From the human T2T-CHM13v2.0 reference genome, Homo sapiens, in the NCBI RefSeq assembly GCF_009914755.1, contig NC_060933.1: a DNA stretch of 64,000 nucleotides. One strand, written 5' to 3'. Below are positions 13,801 to 28,071 of the stretch, in pieces. The notes under the pieces are model-generated. The model saw only the letters and a program-made list of their open reading frames with translations. It ran no database searches and had not been told where the DNA came from. Position numbers and translations under genes: made by a program. Each line of letters begins with the position of its first letter. Position 1 is the first letter of the stretch.

Positions 13801-14120
13801 ATGTTTGCATTCAAGTCACAGAACTGAACATTCCCTTTCATAGAGCAGGTTTGAAACACTCTTTCTGTAGTATCTGCAAGCGGACGTTTTAAGCGCTTTC
13901 AGGCCTGTGGTGAGAAAGGAAATATCTTCAAATAAAAACTAGACAGAAGCATTCTCAGAAACTTATTTGCGATGTGTGTCCTCAACTAACAGAGTTGAAC
14001 CTTTCTTTTGATACAACATTTTGGAAACACTCTTTTTGTAGAATCTGCAAGTGGATATTTGGATAGCTTTGAAGGTTTCGTTGGAAACGGGAATATCTTC
14101 ATATGAAATCAAGACAGAAG
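10889..14120 (+). repeat. 19-mer HOR variant (3232 bp), extra tetramer with m3/m14 hybrid monomer
   Basis: Spacing 3232 = 2552+680; hybrid switch lies between 13134 and 13168. Confidence 0.95.
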
Positions 14121-15311
14121 CATTCTCAGAAACTTCTCTGTGATGTTTGCATTCAACTCATAGAGTTGAACACTTCCCTTCATACAGCAGGTTTGAAACA
14201 CTCTTTTTCTAATATTTGGAAGTGGACATTTGCAGCGCTTTGAGGCCTATGTTGAAAAAGGAAATATCTTCTCCTAAAAACCAGACAGAAGCATTCTCAG
14301 AAACTTCCTTGTGATGTGTGTACTCAAGTAACAGAGTTGAACCTTCCTTTTGACAGAGCAGTTTTGAAGCACTCTTTTTGTAGAATCTGCAAGTGGATAT
14401 TTTGATACCTTTGAGGATTTCGTTGGACACGGGATATCTTCATATAAAATCTAGACAGAAGCATTCTCAGAAACTTCTTTGTGCTGTATGTCCTCAATTA
14501 ACAGAGTTGAACCTTTGTGTGGATACAGCATTTTGGAAACATTCCTTTAGTAGAATCTGCAAGTTGATATTTAGATAGCTAGGAAGATTTCCTTGGAAAC
14601 GGGAATATCTTCATATAAAATCTAGACGGAAGCATTCTCAGAAAGTGCTTTGTGATGTTTGCATTCAAGCCACAGAGTTGAATATTCCCTTTTATAGAGC
14701 AGGTTTGAAACACTCTTTCTGCACTACCTGGAAGTGGACATTTGGAGCGCTTTGAGGCCTATGTTGAAAAACGAAATATCTTCCCATAAAAACTAGACAG
14801 AAGCATTCTCAGAAACTTGTTTGTGATGTGTGTATTCAACTAACAGAGATGAACCTTTCTTTTACAGAGAAGTTTTGAAACACTCTTTTTGTGGAATCTG
14901 AAAGTGGATATTTGGATAGCTTTGAGGATTTCGTTGGAAACGGGATTACATATAAAATCTAGAGAGAAGCATTCTCAGGAACTTCTTTGTGATGTTTGCA
15001 TTCACGTCACAGAACTGAACATTCCCTTTCATAGAGCATGTTTGAAACACTCTTTCTGTAGTATCTGCAAACGGACATTTCAAACGCTTTCAGGCCTATG
15101 GTGAGAAAGGAAATATCTTCAAGTAAAAACTAGACAGAAGCATTCTCAGAAACTTATTTGCGATGTGTGTCCTCAACTAACAGAGTTGAACCTTTCTTTT
15201 GATACAACATTTTGGAAACACTCTTTTTGTAGAATCAGCAAGTGGATATTTGAATAGCTTTGAAGGTTTCGTTGGAAACGGGAATATCTTCATATAAAAT
15301 CAAGACGGAAG
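14121..15311 (+). repeat. 7-mer HOR variant (1191 bp, includes a 1-bp deletion)
   Basis: Order m5-m8, m13-m15, then back to an m5-like monomer; a T-run is shortened near 14861. Confidence 0.94.
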
Positions 15312-17183
15312 CATTCTCAGAAACTGCTTTGTGATGTTTGCATTCAACTCATAGAGTTGAACACTTCCCTTCATACAGCAGGTTTGAAACACTCTTTTTC
15401 TAATATTTGGAAGTGGACATTTGCAGCGCTTTGAGGCCTATGTTGAAAAAGGAAATATCTTCTCCTAAAAACCAGACAGAAGCATTCTCAGAAACTTCCT
15501 TGTGATGTGTGTACTCAAGTAACAGAGTTGAACCTTCCTTTTGACAGAGCAGTTTTGAAGCACTCTTTTTGTAGAATCTGCAAGTGGATATTCTGATACC
15601 TTTGAGGATTTCGTTGGACACGGGATATCTTCATATAAAATCTAGACAGAAGCATTCTCAGAAACTTCTTTGTGCTGTATGTCCTCAATTAACAGAGTTG
15701 AACCTTTGTGTGGATACAGCATTTTGGAAACATTCCTTTAGTAGAATCTGCAAGTTGATATTTAGATAGCTAGGAAGATTTCCTTGGAAACGGGAATATC
15801 TTCATATAAAATCTAGACGGAAGCATTCTCAGAAAGTGCTTTGTGATGTTTGCATTCAAGTCACAGAGTTGAATATTCCCTTTTATAGAGCAGGTTTGAA
15901 ACACTCTTTCTGCACTACCTGGAAGTGGACATTTGGAGCGCTTTGAGGCCTATGTTGAAAAACGAAATATCTTCCCATAAAAACTAGACAGAAGCATTCT
16001 CAGAAACTTGTTTGTGATGTGTGTATTCAACTAACAGAGATGAACCTTTCTTTTTACAGAGCAGTTTTGAAACACTCTTTTTGTGGAATCTGAAAGTGGA
16101 TATTTGGATAGCTTTGAGGATTTCGTTGGAAACGGGATTACATATAAAACCTAGAGAGAAGCATTCTCAGGAACTTCTTTGTGATGTTTGCCTTCAAGTC
16201 ACAGGACTGAACATTCCCTTTCATAGAGCAGGTTTGAAACACTCCTTCTGTAGTATCTGCAAGCTGACGTTTCAAGCGCTTTCAGGCCTATGGTGAGAAA
16301 GGAAATATCTTCAAGTAAAAACTAGACAGAAGCATTCTCAGAAACTTATTTGCCATGTGTGTTCTCAACTAACAGAGTTGAACCTTTGTTTTGATACGGC
16401 ATTTTGGAAACACTCTTTTTGTAGAATCTGCAGGTGGATATTCGGATAGCTTTGAAGGTTTCGTTGGAAACGGGAATATCTTCATATAAAATCTAGACGG
16501 AAGCATTCTCAGAAACTGCTTTGTGATGTTTTCATTCAAGTCACAGAGTAGAATGTTCCCTGTTATATACCAGGTTTGAGACACTCTTTCTGCACTACCC
16601 GGAAGTGGACGTTTGGAGCGCTTTGAGGCCTATGTTGAAAAAGGAAATATCTTCCCATAAAAACTAGACAGAAGCATTCTCAGAAACTTGTTTGTGATGT
16701 GTGTATTCAACTAACAGAGATGAACCTTTCTTTTTACAGAGCAGTTTTGAAACACTCTTTTTGTGGAATCTGAAAGTGGATATTTGGATAGCTTTGCGGA
16801 TTTCGTTGGAAACGGGATTACATATAAAATCTAGGGAGAAGCATTCTCAGGAACTTCTTTGTGATGTTTTCATTCAAGTCACAGAACTGAACATTCCCTT
16901 TCATAGAGCAGGTTTGAAACACTCTTTCTGTAGTATCTGCAAGCGGACGTTTTAAGCGCTTTCAGGCCTGTGGTGAGAAAGGAAATATCTTCAAATAAAA
17001 ACTAGACAGAAGCATTCTCAGAAACTTATTTGCGATGTGTGTCCTCAACTAACAGAGTTGAACCTTTCTTTTGATACAACATTTTGGAAACACTCTTTTT
17101 GTAGAATCTGCAAGTGGATATTTGGATAGCTTTGAAGGTTTCGTTGGAAACGGGAATATCTTCATATGAAATCAAGACAGAAG
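15312..17183 (+). repeat. 11-mer HOR variant (1872 bp), lacking m13-m15+m1
   Basis: m12 is followed directly by an m2-type monomer (GCGGA, CTAGGGAG). Confidence 0.94.
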
Positions 17184-20100
17184 CATTCTCAGAAACTTCT
17201 CTGTGATGTTTGCATTCAACTCATAGAGTTGAACACTTCCCTTCATACAGCAGGTTTGAAACACTCTTTTTCTAATATTTGGAAGTGGACATTTGCAGCG
17301 CTTTGAGGCCTATGTTGAAAAAGGAAATATCTTCTCCTAAAAACCAGACAGAAGCATTCTCAGAAACTTCCTTGTGATGTGTGTACTCAAGTAACAGAGT
17401 TGAACCTTCCTTTTGACAGAGCAGTTTTGAAGCACTCTTTTTGTAGAATCTGCAAGTGGATATTTTGATACCTTTGAGGATTTCGTTGGACACGGGACAT
17501 CTTCATATAAAATCTAGACAGAAGCATTCTCAGAAACTTCTTTGTGCTGTATGTCCTCAATTAACAGAGTTGAACCTTTGTGTGGATACAGCATTTTGGA
17601 AACATTCCTTTAGTAGAATCTGCAAGTTGATATTTAGATAGCTAGGAAGATTTCCTTGGAAACGGGAATATCTTCATATAAAATCTAGACGGAAGCATTC
17701 TCAGAAAGTGCTTTGTGATGTTTGCATTCAAGTCACAGAGTTGAATATTCCCTTTTATAGAGCAGGTTTGAAACACTCTTTCTGCACTACCTGGAAGTGG
17801 ACATTTGGAGCGCTTTGAGGCCTATGTTGAAAAACGAAATATCTTCCCATAAAAACTAGACAGAAGCATTCTCAGAAACTTGTTTGTGATGTGTGTATTC
17901 AACTAACAGAGATGAACCTTTCTTTTTACAGAGCAGTTTTGAAACACTCTTTTTGTGGAATCTGAAAGTGGATATTTGGATAGCTTTGAGGATTTCGTTG
18001 GAAACGGGATTACATATAAAACCTAGAGAGAAGCATTCTCAGGAACTTCTTTGTGATGTTTGCCTTCAAGTCACAGGACTGAACATTCCCTTTCATAGAG
18101 CAGGTTTGAAACACTCCTTCTGTAGTATCTGCAAGCTGACGTTTCAAGCGCTTTCAGGCCTATGGTGAGAAAGGAAATATCTTCAAGTAAAAACTAGACA
18201 GAAGCATTCTCAGAAACTTATTTGCCATGTGTGTTCTCAACTAACAGAGTTGAACCTTTGTTTTGATACGGCATTTTGGAAACACTCTTTTTGTAGAATC
18301 TGCAGGTGGATATTCGGATAGCTTTGAAGGTTTCGTTGGAAACGGGAATATCTTCATATAAAATCTAGACGGAAGCATTCTCAGAAACTGCTTTGTGATG
18401 TTTTCATTCAAGTCACAGAGTAGAATGTTCCCTGTTATATACCAGGTTTGAGACACTCTTTCTGCACTACCCGGAAGTGGACGTTTGGAGCGCTTTGAGG
18501 CCTATGTTGAAAAACGAAATATCTTCCCATAAAAACTAGACAGAAGCATTCTCAGAAACTTGTTTGTGATGTGTGTATTCAACTAACAGAGATGAACCTT
18601 TCTTTTTACAGAGCAGTTTTGAAACACTCTTTTTGTGGAATCTGAAAGTGGATATTTGGATAGCTTTGAGGATTTCGTTGGAAACGGGATTACATATAAA
18701 ATCTAGAGAGAAGCATTCTCAGGAACTTCTTTGTGATGTTTGCAATCACGTCACAGAACTGAACATTCCCTTTCATAGAGCATGTTTGAAACACTCTTTC
18801 TGTAGTATCTGCAAACGGACATTTCAAACGCTTTCAGGCCTATGGTGAGAAAGGAAATATCTTCAAGTAAAAACTAGACAGAAGCATTCTCAGAAACTTA
18901 TTTGCGATGTGTGTCCTCAACTAACAGAGTTGAACCTTTCTTTTGATACAACATTTTGGAAACACTCTTTTTGTAGAATCTGCAAGTGGATATTTGAATA
19001 GCTTTGAAGGTTTCGTTGGAAACGGGAATATCTTCATATAAAATCAAGACAGAAGCATTCTCAGAAACTTCTCTGTGATGTTTGCATTCAACTCATAGAG
19101 TTGAACACTTCCCTTCATACAGCAGGTTTGAAACACTCTTTTTGTAATATTTGGAAGTGGACTTTTGCAGCGCTTTGAGGCCTATGATGAAAAAGGTAAT
19201 ATCTTCCCATAAAAACTAGACAGAAGCATTCTCAGAAACTTCCTTGTGATGTGTGTATTCAACTAACAGAGATGAACCTTTCTTTTTACAGAGCAGTTTT
19301 GAAACACTCTTTTTGTGGAATCTGAAAGTGGATATTTGGATAGCTTTGCGGATTTCGTTGGAAACGGGATTACATATAAAATCTAGGGAGAAGCACTCTC
19401 AGGAACTTCTTTGTGATGTTTGCATTCAAGTCACAGAACTGAACATTCCCTTTCATAGAGCAGGTTTGAAACACTCTTTCTGTAGTATCTGCAAGCGGAC
19501 GTTTTAAGCGCTTTCAGGCCTGTGGTGAGAAAGGAAATATCTTCAAATAAAAACTAGACAGAAGCATTCTCAGAAACTTATTTGCGATGTGTGTCCTCAA
19601 CTAACAGAGTTGAACCTTTCTTTTGATACAACATTTTGGAAACACTCTTTTTGTAGAATCTGCAAGTGGATATTTGGATAGCTTTGAAGGTTTCGTTGGA
19701 AACGGGAATATCTTCATATGAAATCAAGACAGAAGCATTCTCAGAAACTTCTCTGTGATGTTTGCATTCAACTCATAGAGTTGAACACTTCCCTTCATAC
19801 AGCAGGTTTGAAACACTCTTTTTCTAATATTTGGAAGTGGACATTTGCAGCGCTTTGAGGCCTATGTTGAAAAAGGAAATATCTTCTCCTAAAAACCAGA
19901 CAGAAGCATTCTCAGAAACTTCCTTGTGATGTGTGTACTCAAGTAACAGAGTTGAACCTTCCTTTTGACAGAGCAGTTTTGAAGCACTCTTTTTGTAGAA
20001 TCTGCAAGTGGATATTTTGATACCTTTGAGGATTTCGTTGGACACGGGATATCTTCATATAAAATCTAGACAGAAGCATTCTCAGAAACTTCTTTGTGCT

Positions 20101-23100
20101 GTATGTCCTCAATTAACAGAGTTGAACCTTTGTGTGGATACAGCATTTTGGAAACATTCCTTTAGTAGAATCTGCAAGTTGATATTTAGATAGCTAGGAA
20201 GATTTCCTTGGAAACGGGAATATCTTCATATAAAATCTAGACGGAAGCATTCTCAGAAAGTGCTTTGTGATGTTTGCATTCAAGTCACAGAGTTGAATAT
20301 TCCCTTTTATAGAGCAGGTTTGAAACACTCTTTCTGCACTACCTGGAAGTGGACATTTGGAGCGCTTTGAGGCCTATGTTGAAAAACGAAATATCTTCCC
20401 ATAAAAACTAGACAGAAGCATTCTCAGAAACTTGTTTGTGATGTGTGTATTCAACTAACAGAGATGAACCTTTCTTTTTACAGAGCAGTTTTGAAACACT
20501 CTTTTTGTGGAATCTGAAAGTGGATATTTGGATAGCTTTGAGGATTTCGTTGGAAACGGGATTACATATAAAACCTAGAGAGAAGCATTCTCAGGAACTT
20601 CTTTGTGATGTTTGCCTTCAAGTCACAGGACTGAACATTCCCTTTCATAGAGCAGGTTTGAAACACTCTTTCTGTAGTATCTGCAAGCTGACGTTTCAAG
20701 CGCTTTCAGGCCTATGGTGAGAAAGGAAATATCTTCAAGTAAAAACTAGACAGAAGCATTCTCAGAAACTTATTTGCCATGTGTGTTCTCAACTAACAGA
20801 GTTGAACCTTTGTTTTGATACGGCATTTTGGAAACACTCTTTTTGTAGAATCTGCAGGTGGATATTCGGATAGCTTTGAAGGTTTCGTTGGAAACGGGAA
20901 TATCTTCATATAAAATCTAGACGGAAGCATTCTCAGAAACTGCTTTGTGATGTTTTCATTCAAGTCACAGAGTAGAATGTTCCCTGTTATATACCAGGTT
21001 TGAGACACTCTTTCTGCACTACCCGGAAGTGGACGTTTGGAGCGCTTTGAGGCCTATGTTGAAAAACGAAATATCTTCCCATAAAAACTAGACAGAAGCA
21101 TTCTCAGAAACTTGTTTGTGATGTGTGTATTCAACTAACAGAGATGAACCTTTCTTTTTACAGAGCAGTTTTGAAACACTCTTTTTGTGGAATCTGAAAG
21201 TGGATATTTGGATAGCTTTGAGGATTTCGTTGGAAACGGGATTACATATAAAATCTAGAGAGAAGCATTCTCAGGAACTTCTTTGTGATGTTTGCAATCA
21301 CGTCACAGAACTGAACATTCCCTTTCATAGAGCATGTTTGAAACACTCTTTCTGTAGTATCTGCAAACGGACATTTCAAACGCTTTCAGGCCTATGGTGA
21401 GAAAGGAAATATCTTCAAGTAAAAACTAGACAGAAGCATTCTCAGAAACTTATTTGCGATGTGTGTCCTCAACTAACAGAGTTGAACCTTTCTTTTGATA
21501 CAACATTTTGGAAACACTCTTTTTGTAGAATCTGCAAGTGGATATTTGAATAGCTTTGAAGGTTTCGTTGGAAACGGGAATATCTTCATATAAAATCAAG
21601 ACAGAAGCATTCTCAGAAACTTCTCTGTGATGTTTGCATTCAACTCATAGAGTTGAACACTTCCCTTCATACAGCAGGTTTGAAACACTCTTTTTGTAAT
21701 ATTTGGAAGTGGACTTTTGCAGCGCTTTGAGGCCTATGATGAAAAAGGTAATATCTTCCCATAAAAACTAGACAGAAGCATTCTCAGAAACTTGTTTGTG
21801 ATGTGTGTATTCAACTAACAGAGATGAACCTTTCTTTTTACAGAGCAGTTTTGAAACACTCTTTTTGTGGAATCTGAAAGTGGATATTTGGATAGCTTTG
21901 CGGATTTCGTTGGAAACGGGATTACATATAAAATCTAGGGAGAAGCACTCTCAGGAACTTCTTTGTGATGTTTGCATTCAAGTCACAGAACTGAACATTC
22001 CCTTTCATAGAGCAGGTTTGAAACACTCTTTCTGTAGTATCTGCAAGCGGACGTTTTAAGCGCTTTCAGGCCTGTGGTGAGAAAGGAAATATCTTCAAAT
22101 AAAAACTAGACAGAAGCATTCTCAGAAACTTATTTGCGATGTGTGTCCTCAACTAACAGAGTTGAACCTTTCTTTTGATACAACATTTTGGAAACACTCT
22201 TTTTGTAGAATCTGCAAGTGGATATTTGGATAGCTTTGAAGGTTTCGTTGGAAACGGGAATATCTTCATATGAAATCAAGACAGAAGCATTCTCAGAAAC
22301 TTCTCTGTGATGTTTGCATTCAACTCATAGAGTTGAACACTTCCCTTCATACAGCAGGTTTGAAACACTCTTTTTCTAATATTTGGAAGTGGACATTTGC
22401 AGCGCTTTGAGGCCTATGTTGAAAAAGGAAATATCTTCTCCTAAAAACCAGACAGAAGCATTCTCAGAAACTTCCTTGTGATGTGTGTACTCAAGTAACA
22501 GAGTTGAACCTTCCTTTTGACAGAGCAGTTTTGAAGCACTCTTTTTGTAGAATCTGCAAGTGGATATTTTGATACCTTTGAGGATTTCGTTGGACACGGG
22601 ATATCTTCATATAAAATCTAGACAGAAGCATTCTCAGAAACTTCTTTGTGCTGTATGTCCTCAATTAACAGAGTTGAACCTTTGTGTGGATACAGCATTT
22701 TGGAAACATTCCTTTAGTAGAATCTGCAAGTTGATATTTAGATAGCTAGGAAGATTTCCTTGGAAACGGGAATATCTTCATATAAAATCTAGACGGAAGC
22801 ATTCTCAGAAAGTGCTTTGTGATGTTTGCATTCAAGTCACAGAGTTGAATATTCCCTTTTATAGAGCAGGTTTGAAACACTCTTTCTGCACTACCTGGAA
22901 GTGGACATTTGGAGCGCTTTGAGGCCTATGTTGAAAAACGAAATATCTTCCCATAAAAACTAGACAGAAGCATTCTCAGAAACTTGTTTGTGATGTGTGT
23001 ATTCAACTAACAGAGATGAACCTTTCTTTTTACAGAGCAGTTTTGAAACACTCTTTTTGTGGAATCTGAAAGTGGATATTTGGATAGCTTTGAGGATTTC

Positions 23101-24839
23101 GTTGGAAACGGGATTACATATAAAACCTAGAGAGAAGCATTCTCAGGAACTTCTTTGTGATGTTTGCATTCAAGTCACAGGACTGAACATTCCCTTTCAT
23201 AGAGCAGGTTTGAAACACTCTTTCTGTAGTATCTGCAAGCTGACGTTTCAAGCGCTTTCAGGCCTATGGTGAGAAAGGAAATATCTTCAAGTAAAAACTA
23301 GACAGAAGCATTCTCAGAAACTTATTTGCCATGTGTGTTCTCAACTAACAGAGTTGAACCTTTGTTTTGATACGGCATTTTGGAAACACTCTTTTTGTAG
23401 AATCTGCAGGTGGATATTCGGATAGCTTTGAAGGTTTCGTTGGAAACGGGAATATCTTCATATAAAATCTAGACGGAAGCATTCTCAGAAACTGCTTTGT
23501 GATGTTTTCATTCAAGTCACAGAGTAGAATGTTCCCTGTTATATACCAGGTTTGAGACACTCTTTCTGCACTACCCGGAAGTGGACGTTTGGAGCGCTTT
23601 GAGGCCTATGTTGAAAAACGAAATATCTTCCCATAAAAACTAGACAGAAGCATTCTCAGAAACTTGTTTGTGATGTGTGTATTCAACTAACAGAGATGAA
23701 CCTTTCTTTTTACAGAGCAGTTTTGAAACACTCTTTTTGTGGAATCTGAAAGTGGATATTTGGATAGCTTTGAGGATTTCGTTGGAAACGGGATTACATA
23801 TAAAATCTAGAGAGAAGCATTCTCAGGAACTTCTTTGTGATGTTTGCAATCACGTCACAGAACTGAACATTCCCTTTCATAGAGCATGTTTGAAACACTC
23901 TTTCTGTAGTATCTGCAAACGGACATTTCAAACGCTTTCAGGCCTATGGTGAGAAAGGAAATATCTTCAAGTAAAAACTAGACAGAAGCATTCTCAGAAA
24001 CTTATTTGCGATGTGTGTCCTCAACTAACAGAGTTGAACCTTTCTTTTGATACAACATTTTGGAAACACTCTTTTTGTAGAATCTGCAAGTGGATATTTG
24101 AATAGCTTTGAAGGTTTCGTTGGAAACGGGAATATCTTCATATAAAATCAAGACAGAAGCATTCTCAGAAACTTCTATGTGATGTTTGCATTCAACTCAT
24201 AGAGTTGAACACTTCCCTTCATACAGCAGGTTTGAAACACTCTTTTTGTAATATTTGGAAGTGGACTTTTGCAGCGCTTTGAGGCCTATGATGAAAAAGG
24301 TAATATCTTCCCATAAAAACTAGACAGAAGCATTCTCAGAAACTTGTTTGTGATGTGTGTATTCAACTAACAGAGATGAACCTTTCTTTTTACAGAGCAG
24401 TTTTGAAACACTCTTTTTGTGGAATCTGAAAGTGGATATTTGGATAGCTTTGCGGATTTCGTTGGAAACGGGATTACATATAAAATCTAGGGAGAAGCAC
24501 TCTCAGGAACTTCTTTGTGATGTTTGCATTCAAGTCACAGAACTGAACATTCCCTTTCATAGAGCAGGTTTGAAACACTCTTTCTGTAGTATCTGCAAGC
24601 GGACGTTTTAAGCGCTTTCAGGCCTGTGGTGAGAAAGGAAATATCTTCAAATAAAAACTAGACAGAAGCATTCTCAGAAACTTATTTGCGATGTGTGTCC
24701 TCAACTAACAGAGTTGAACCTTTCTTTTGATACAACATTTTGGAAACACTCTTTTTGTAGAATCTGCAAGTGGATATTTGGATAGCTTTGAAGGTTTCGT
24801 TGGAAACGGGAATATCTTCATATGAAATCAAGACAGAAG
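17184..24839 (+). repeat. Three tandem 15-mer HORs
   Basis: Marker ORF starts at 17272, 19824, 22376 and 24928. Confidence 0.95.
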
Positions 24840-27800
24840 CATTCTCAGAAACTTCTCTGTGATGTTTGCATTCAACTCATAGAGTTGAACACTTCCCTTC
24901 ATACAGCAGGTTTGAAACACTCTTTTTCTAATATTTGGAAGTGGACATTTGCAGCGCTTTGAGGCCTATGTTGAAAAAGGATATATCTTCTCCTAAAAAC
25001 CAGACAGAAGCATTCTCAGAAACTTCCTTGTGATGTGTGTACTCAAGTAACAGAGTTGAACCTTCCTTTTGACAGAGCAGTTTTGAAGCACTCTTTTTGT
25101 AGAATCTGCAAGTGGATATTTTGATACCTTTGAGGATTTCGTTGGACACGGGATATCTTCATATAAAATCTAGACAGAAGCATTCTCAGAAACTTCTTTG
25201 TGCTGTATGTCCTCAATTAACAGAGTTGAACCTTTGTGTGGATACAGCATTTTGGAAACATTCCTTTAGTAGAATCTGCAAGTTGATATTTAGATAGCTA
25301 GGAAGATTTCCTTGGAAACGGGAATATCTTCATATAAAATCTAGATGGAAGCATTCTCAGAAAGTGCTTTGTGATGTTTGCATTCAAGTCACAGAGTTGA
25401 ATATTCCCTTTTATAGAGCAGGTTTGAAACACTCTTTCTGCACTACCTGGAAGTGGACATTTGGAGCGCTTTGAGGCCTATGTTGAAAAACGAAATATCT
25501 TCCCATAAAAACTAGACAGAAGCATTCTCAGAAACTTGTTTGTGATGTGTGTATTCAACTAACAGAGATGAACCTTTCTTTTTACAGAGCAGTTTTGAAA
25601 CACTCTTTTTGTGGAATCTGAAAGTGGATATTTGGATAGCTTTGAGGATTTCGTTGGAAACGGGATTACATATAAAACCTAGAGAGAAGCATTCTCAGGA
25701 ACTTCTTTGTGATGTTTGCCTTCAAGTCACAGGACTGAACATTCCCTTTCATAGAGCAGGTTTGAAACACTCTTTCTGTAGTATCTGCAAGCTGACGTTT
25801 CAAGCGCTTTCAGGCCTATGGTGAGAAAGGAAATATCTTCAAGTAAAAACTAGACAGAAGCATTCTCAGAAACTTATTTGCCATGTGTGTTCTCAACTAA
25901 CAGAGTTGAACCTTTGTTTTGATACGGCATTTTGGAAACACTCTTTTTGTAGAATCTGCAGGTGGATATTCGGATAGCTTTGAAGGTTTCGTTGGAAACG
26001 GGAATATCTTCATATAAAATCTAGACGGAAGCATTCTCAGAAACTGCTTTGTGATGTTTTCATTCAAGTCACAGAGTAGAATGTTCCCTGTTATATACCA
26101 GGTTTGAGACACTCTTTCTGCACTACCCGGAAGTGGACGTTTGGAGCGCTTTGAGGCCTATGTTGAAAAACGAAATATCTTCCCATAAAAACTAGACAGA
26201 AGCATTCTCAGAAACTTGTTTGTGATGTGTGTATTCAACTAACAGAGATGAACCTTTCTTTTTACAGAGCAGTTTTGAAACACTCTTTTTGTGGAATCTG
26301 AAAGTGGATATTTGGATAGCTTTGAGGATTTCGTTGGAAACGGGATTACATATAAAATCTAGAGAGAAGCATTCTCAGGAACTTCTTTGTGATGTTTGCA
26401 ATCACGTCACAGAACTGAACATTCCCTTTCATAGAGCATGTTTGAAACACTCTTTCTGTAGTATCTGCAAACGGACATTTCAAACGCTTTCAGGCCTATG
26501 GTGAGAAAGGAAATATCTTCAAGTAAAAACTAGACAGAAGCATTCTCAGAAACTTATTTGCGATGTGTGTCCTCAACTAACAGAGTTGAACCTTTCTTTT
26601 GATACAACATTTTGGAAACACTCTTTTTGTAGAATCTGCAAGTGGATATTTGAATAGCTTTGAAGGTTTCGTTGGAAACGGGAATATCTTCATATAAAAT
26701 CAAGACAGAAGCATTCTCAGAAACTTCTCTGTGATGTTTGCATTCAACTCATAGAGTTGAACACTTCCCTTCATACAGCAGGTTTGAAACACTCTTTTTG
26801 TAATATTTGGAAGTGGACTTTTGCAGCGCTTTGAGGCCTATGATGAAAAAGGTAATATCTTCCCATAAAAACTAGACAGAAGCATTCTCAGAAACTTGTT
26901 TGTGATGTGTGTATTCAACTAACAGAGATGAACCTTTCTTTTTACAGAGCAGTTTTGAAACACTCTTTTTGTGGAATCTGAAAGTGGATATTTGGATAGC
27001 TTTGCGGATTTCGTTGGAAACGGGATTACATATAAAATCTAGGGAGAAGCACTCTCAGGAACTTCTTTGTGATGTTTGCATTCAAGTCACAGAACTGAAC
27101 ATTCCCTTTCATAGAGCATGTTTGAAACACTCTTTCTGTAGTATCTGCAAACGGACATTTCAAACGCTTTCAGGCCTATGGTGAGAAAGGAAATATCTTC
27201 AAGTAAAAACTAGACAGAAGCATTCTCAGAAACTTATTTGCGATGTGTGTCCTCAGCTAACAGAGTTGAACCTTTCTTTTGATACAACATTTTGGAAACA
27301 CTCTTTTTGTAGAATCTGCAAGTGGATATTTGAATAGCTTTGAAGGTTTCGTTGGAAACGGGAATATCTTCAAATAAAATCAAGACAGAAGCATTCTCAG
27401 AAACTTCTCTGTGATGTTTGCATTCAACTCATAGAGTTGAACACTTCCCTTCATACAGCAGGTTTGAAACACTCTTTTTGTAATATTTGGAAGTGGACAT
27501 TTGCAGCGCTTTGAGGCCTATGATGAAAAAGGTAATATCTTCCCATAAAAACTAGACAGAAGCATTCTCAGAAACTTGTTTGTGATGTGTGTATTCAACT
27601 AACAGAGATGAACCTTTCTTTTTACAGAGCAGTTTTGAAACACTCTTTTTGTGGAATCTGAAAGTGGATATTTGGATTGCTTTGCGGATTTCGTTGGAAA
27701 CGGGATTACATATAAAATCTAGGGAGAAGCATTCTCAGGAACTTCTTTGTGATGTTTGCATTCAAGTCACAGAACTGAACATTCCCTTTCATAGAGCAGG

Positions 27801-28071
27801 TTTGAAACACTCTTTCTGTAGTATCTGCAAGCGGACGTTTTAAGCGCTTTCAGGCCTGTGGTGAGAAAGGAAATATCTTCAAATAAAAACTAGACAGAAG
27901 CATTCTCAGAAACTTATTTGCGATGTGTGTCCTCAACTAACAGAGTTGAACCTTTCTTTTGATACAACATTTTGGAAACACTCTTTTTGTAGAATCTGCA
28001 AGTGGATATTTGGATAGCTTTGAAGGTTTCGTTGGAAACGGGAATATCTTCATATGAAATCAAGACAGAAG
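24840..28071 (+). repeat. 19-mer HOR variant
   Basis: Marker spacing 24928->28160 = 3232. Confidence 0.95.

Noticed and set aside
10889-14120. Assignment to chr4 D4Z1 because of the 3232 bp 19-mer
   Set aside because: Here the 19-mer is a minor variant formed by near-identical tetramer duplication on a 7+4n scaffold, which fits chr9 better as I recall. It cannot be excluded without alignment to HOR consensus models.
16870-16870. G>T in m3 matching the m12 allele (GATGTTTTCATT)
   Set aside because: A single base cannot be distinguished from an ordinary point mutation.
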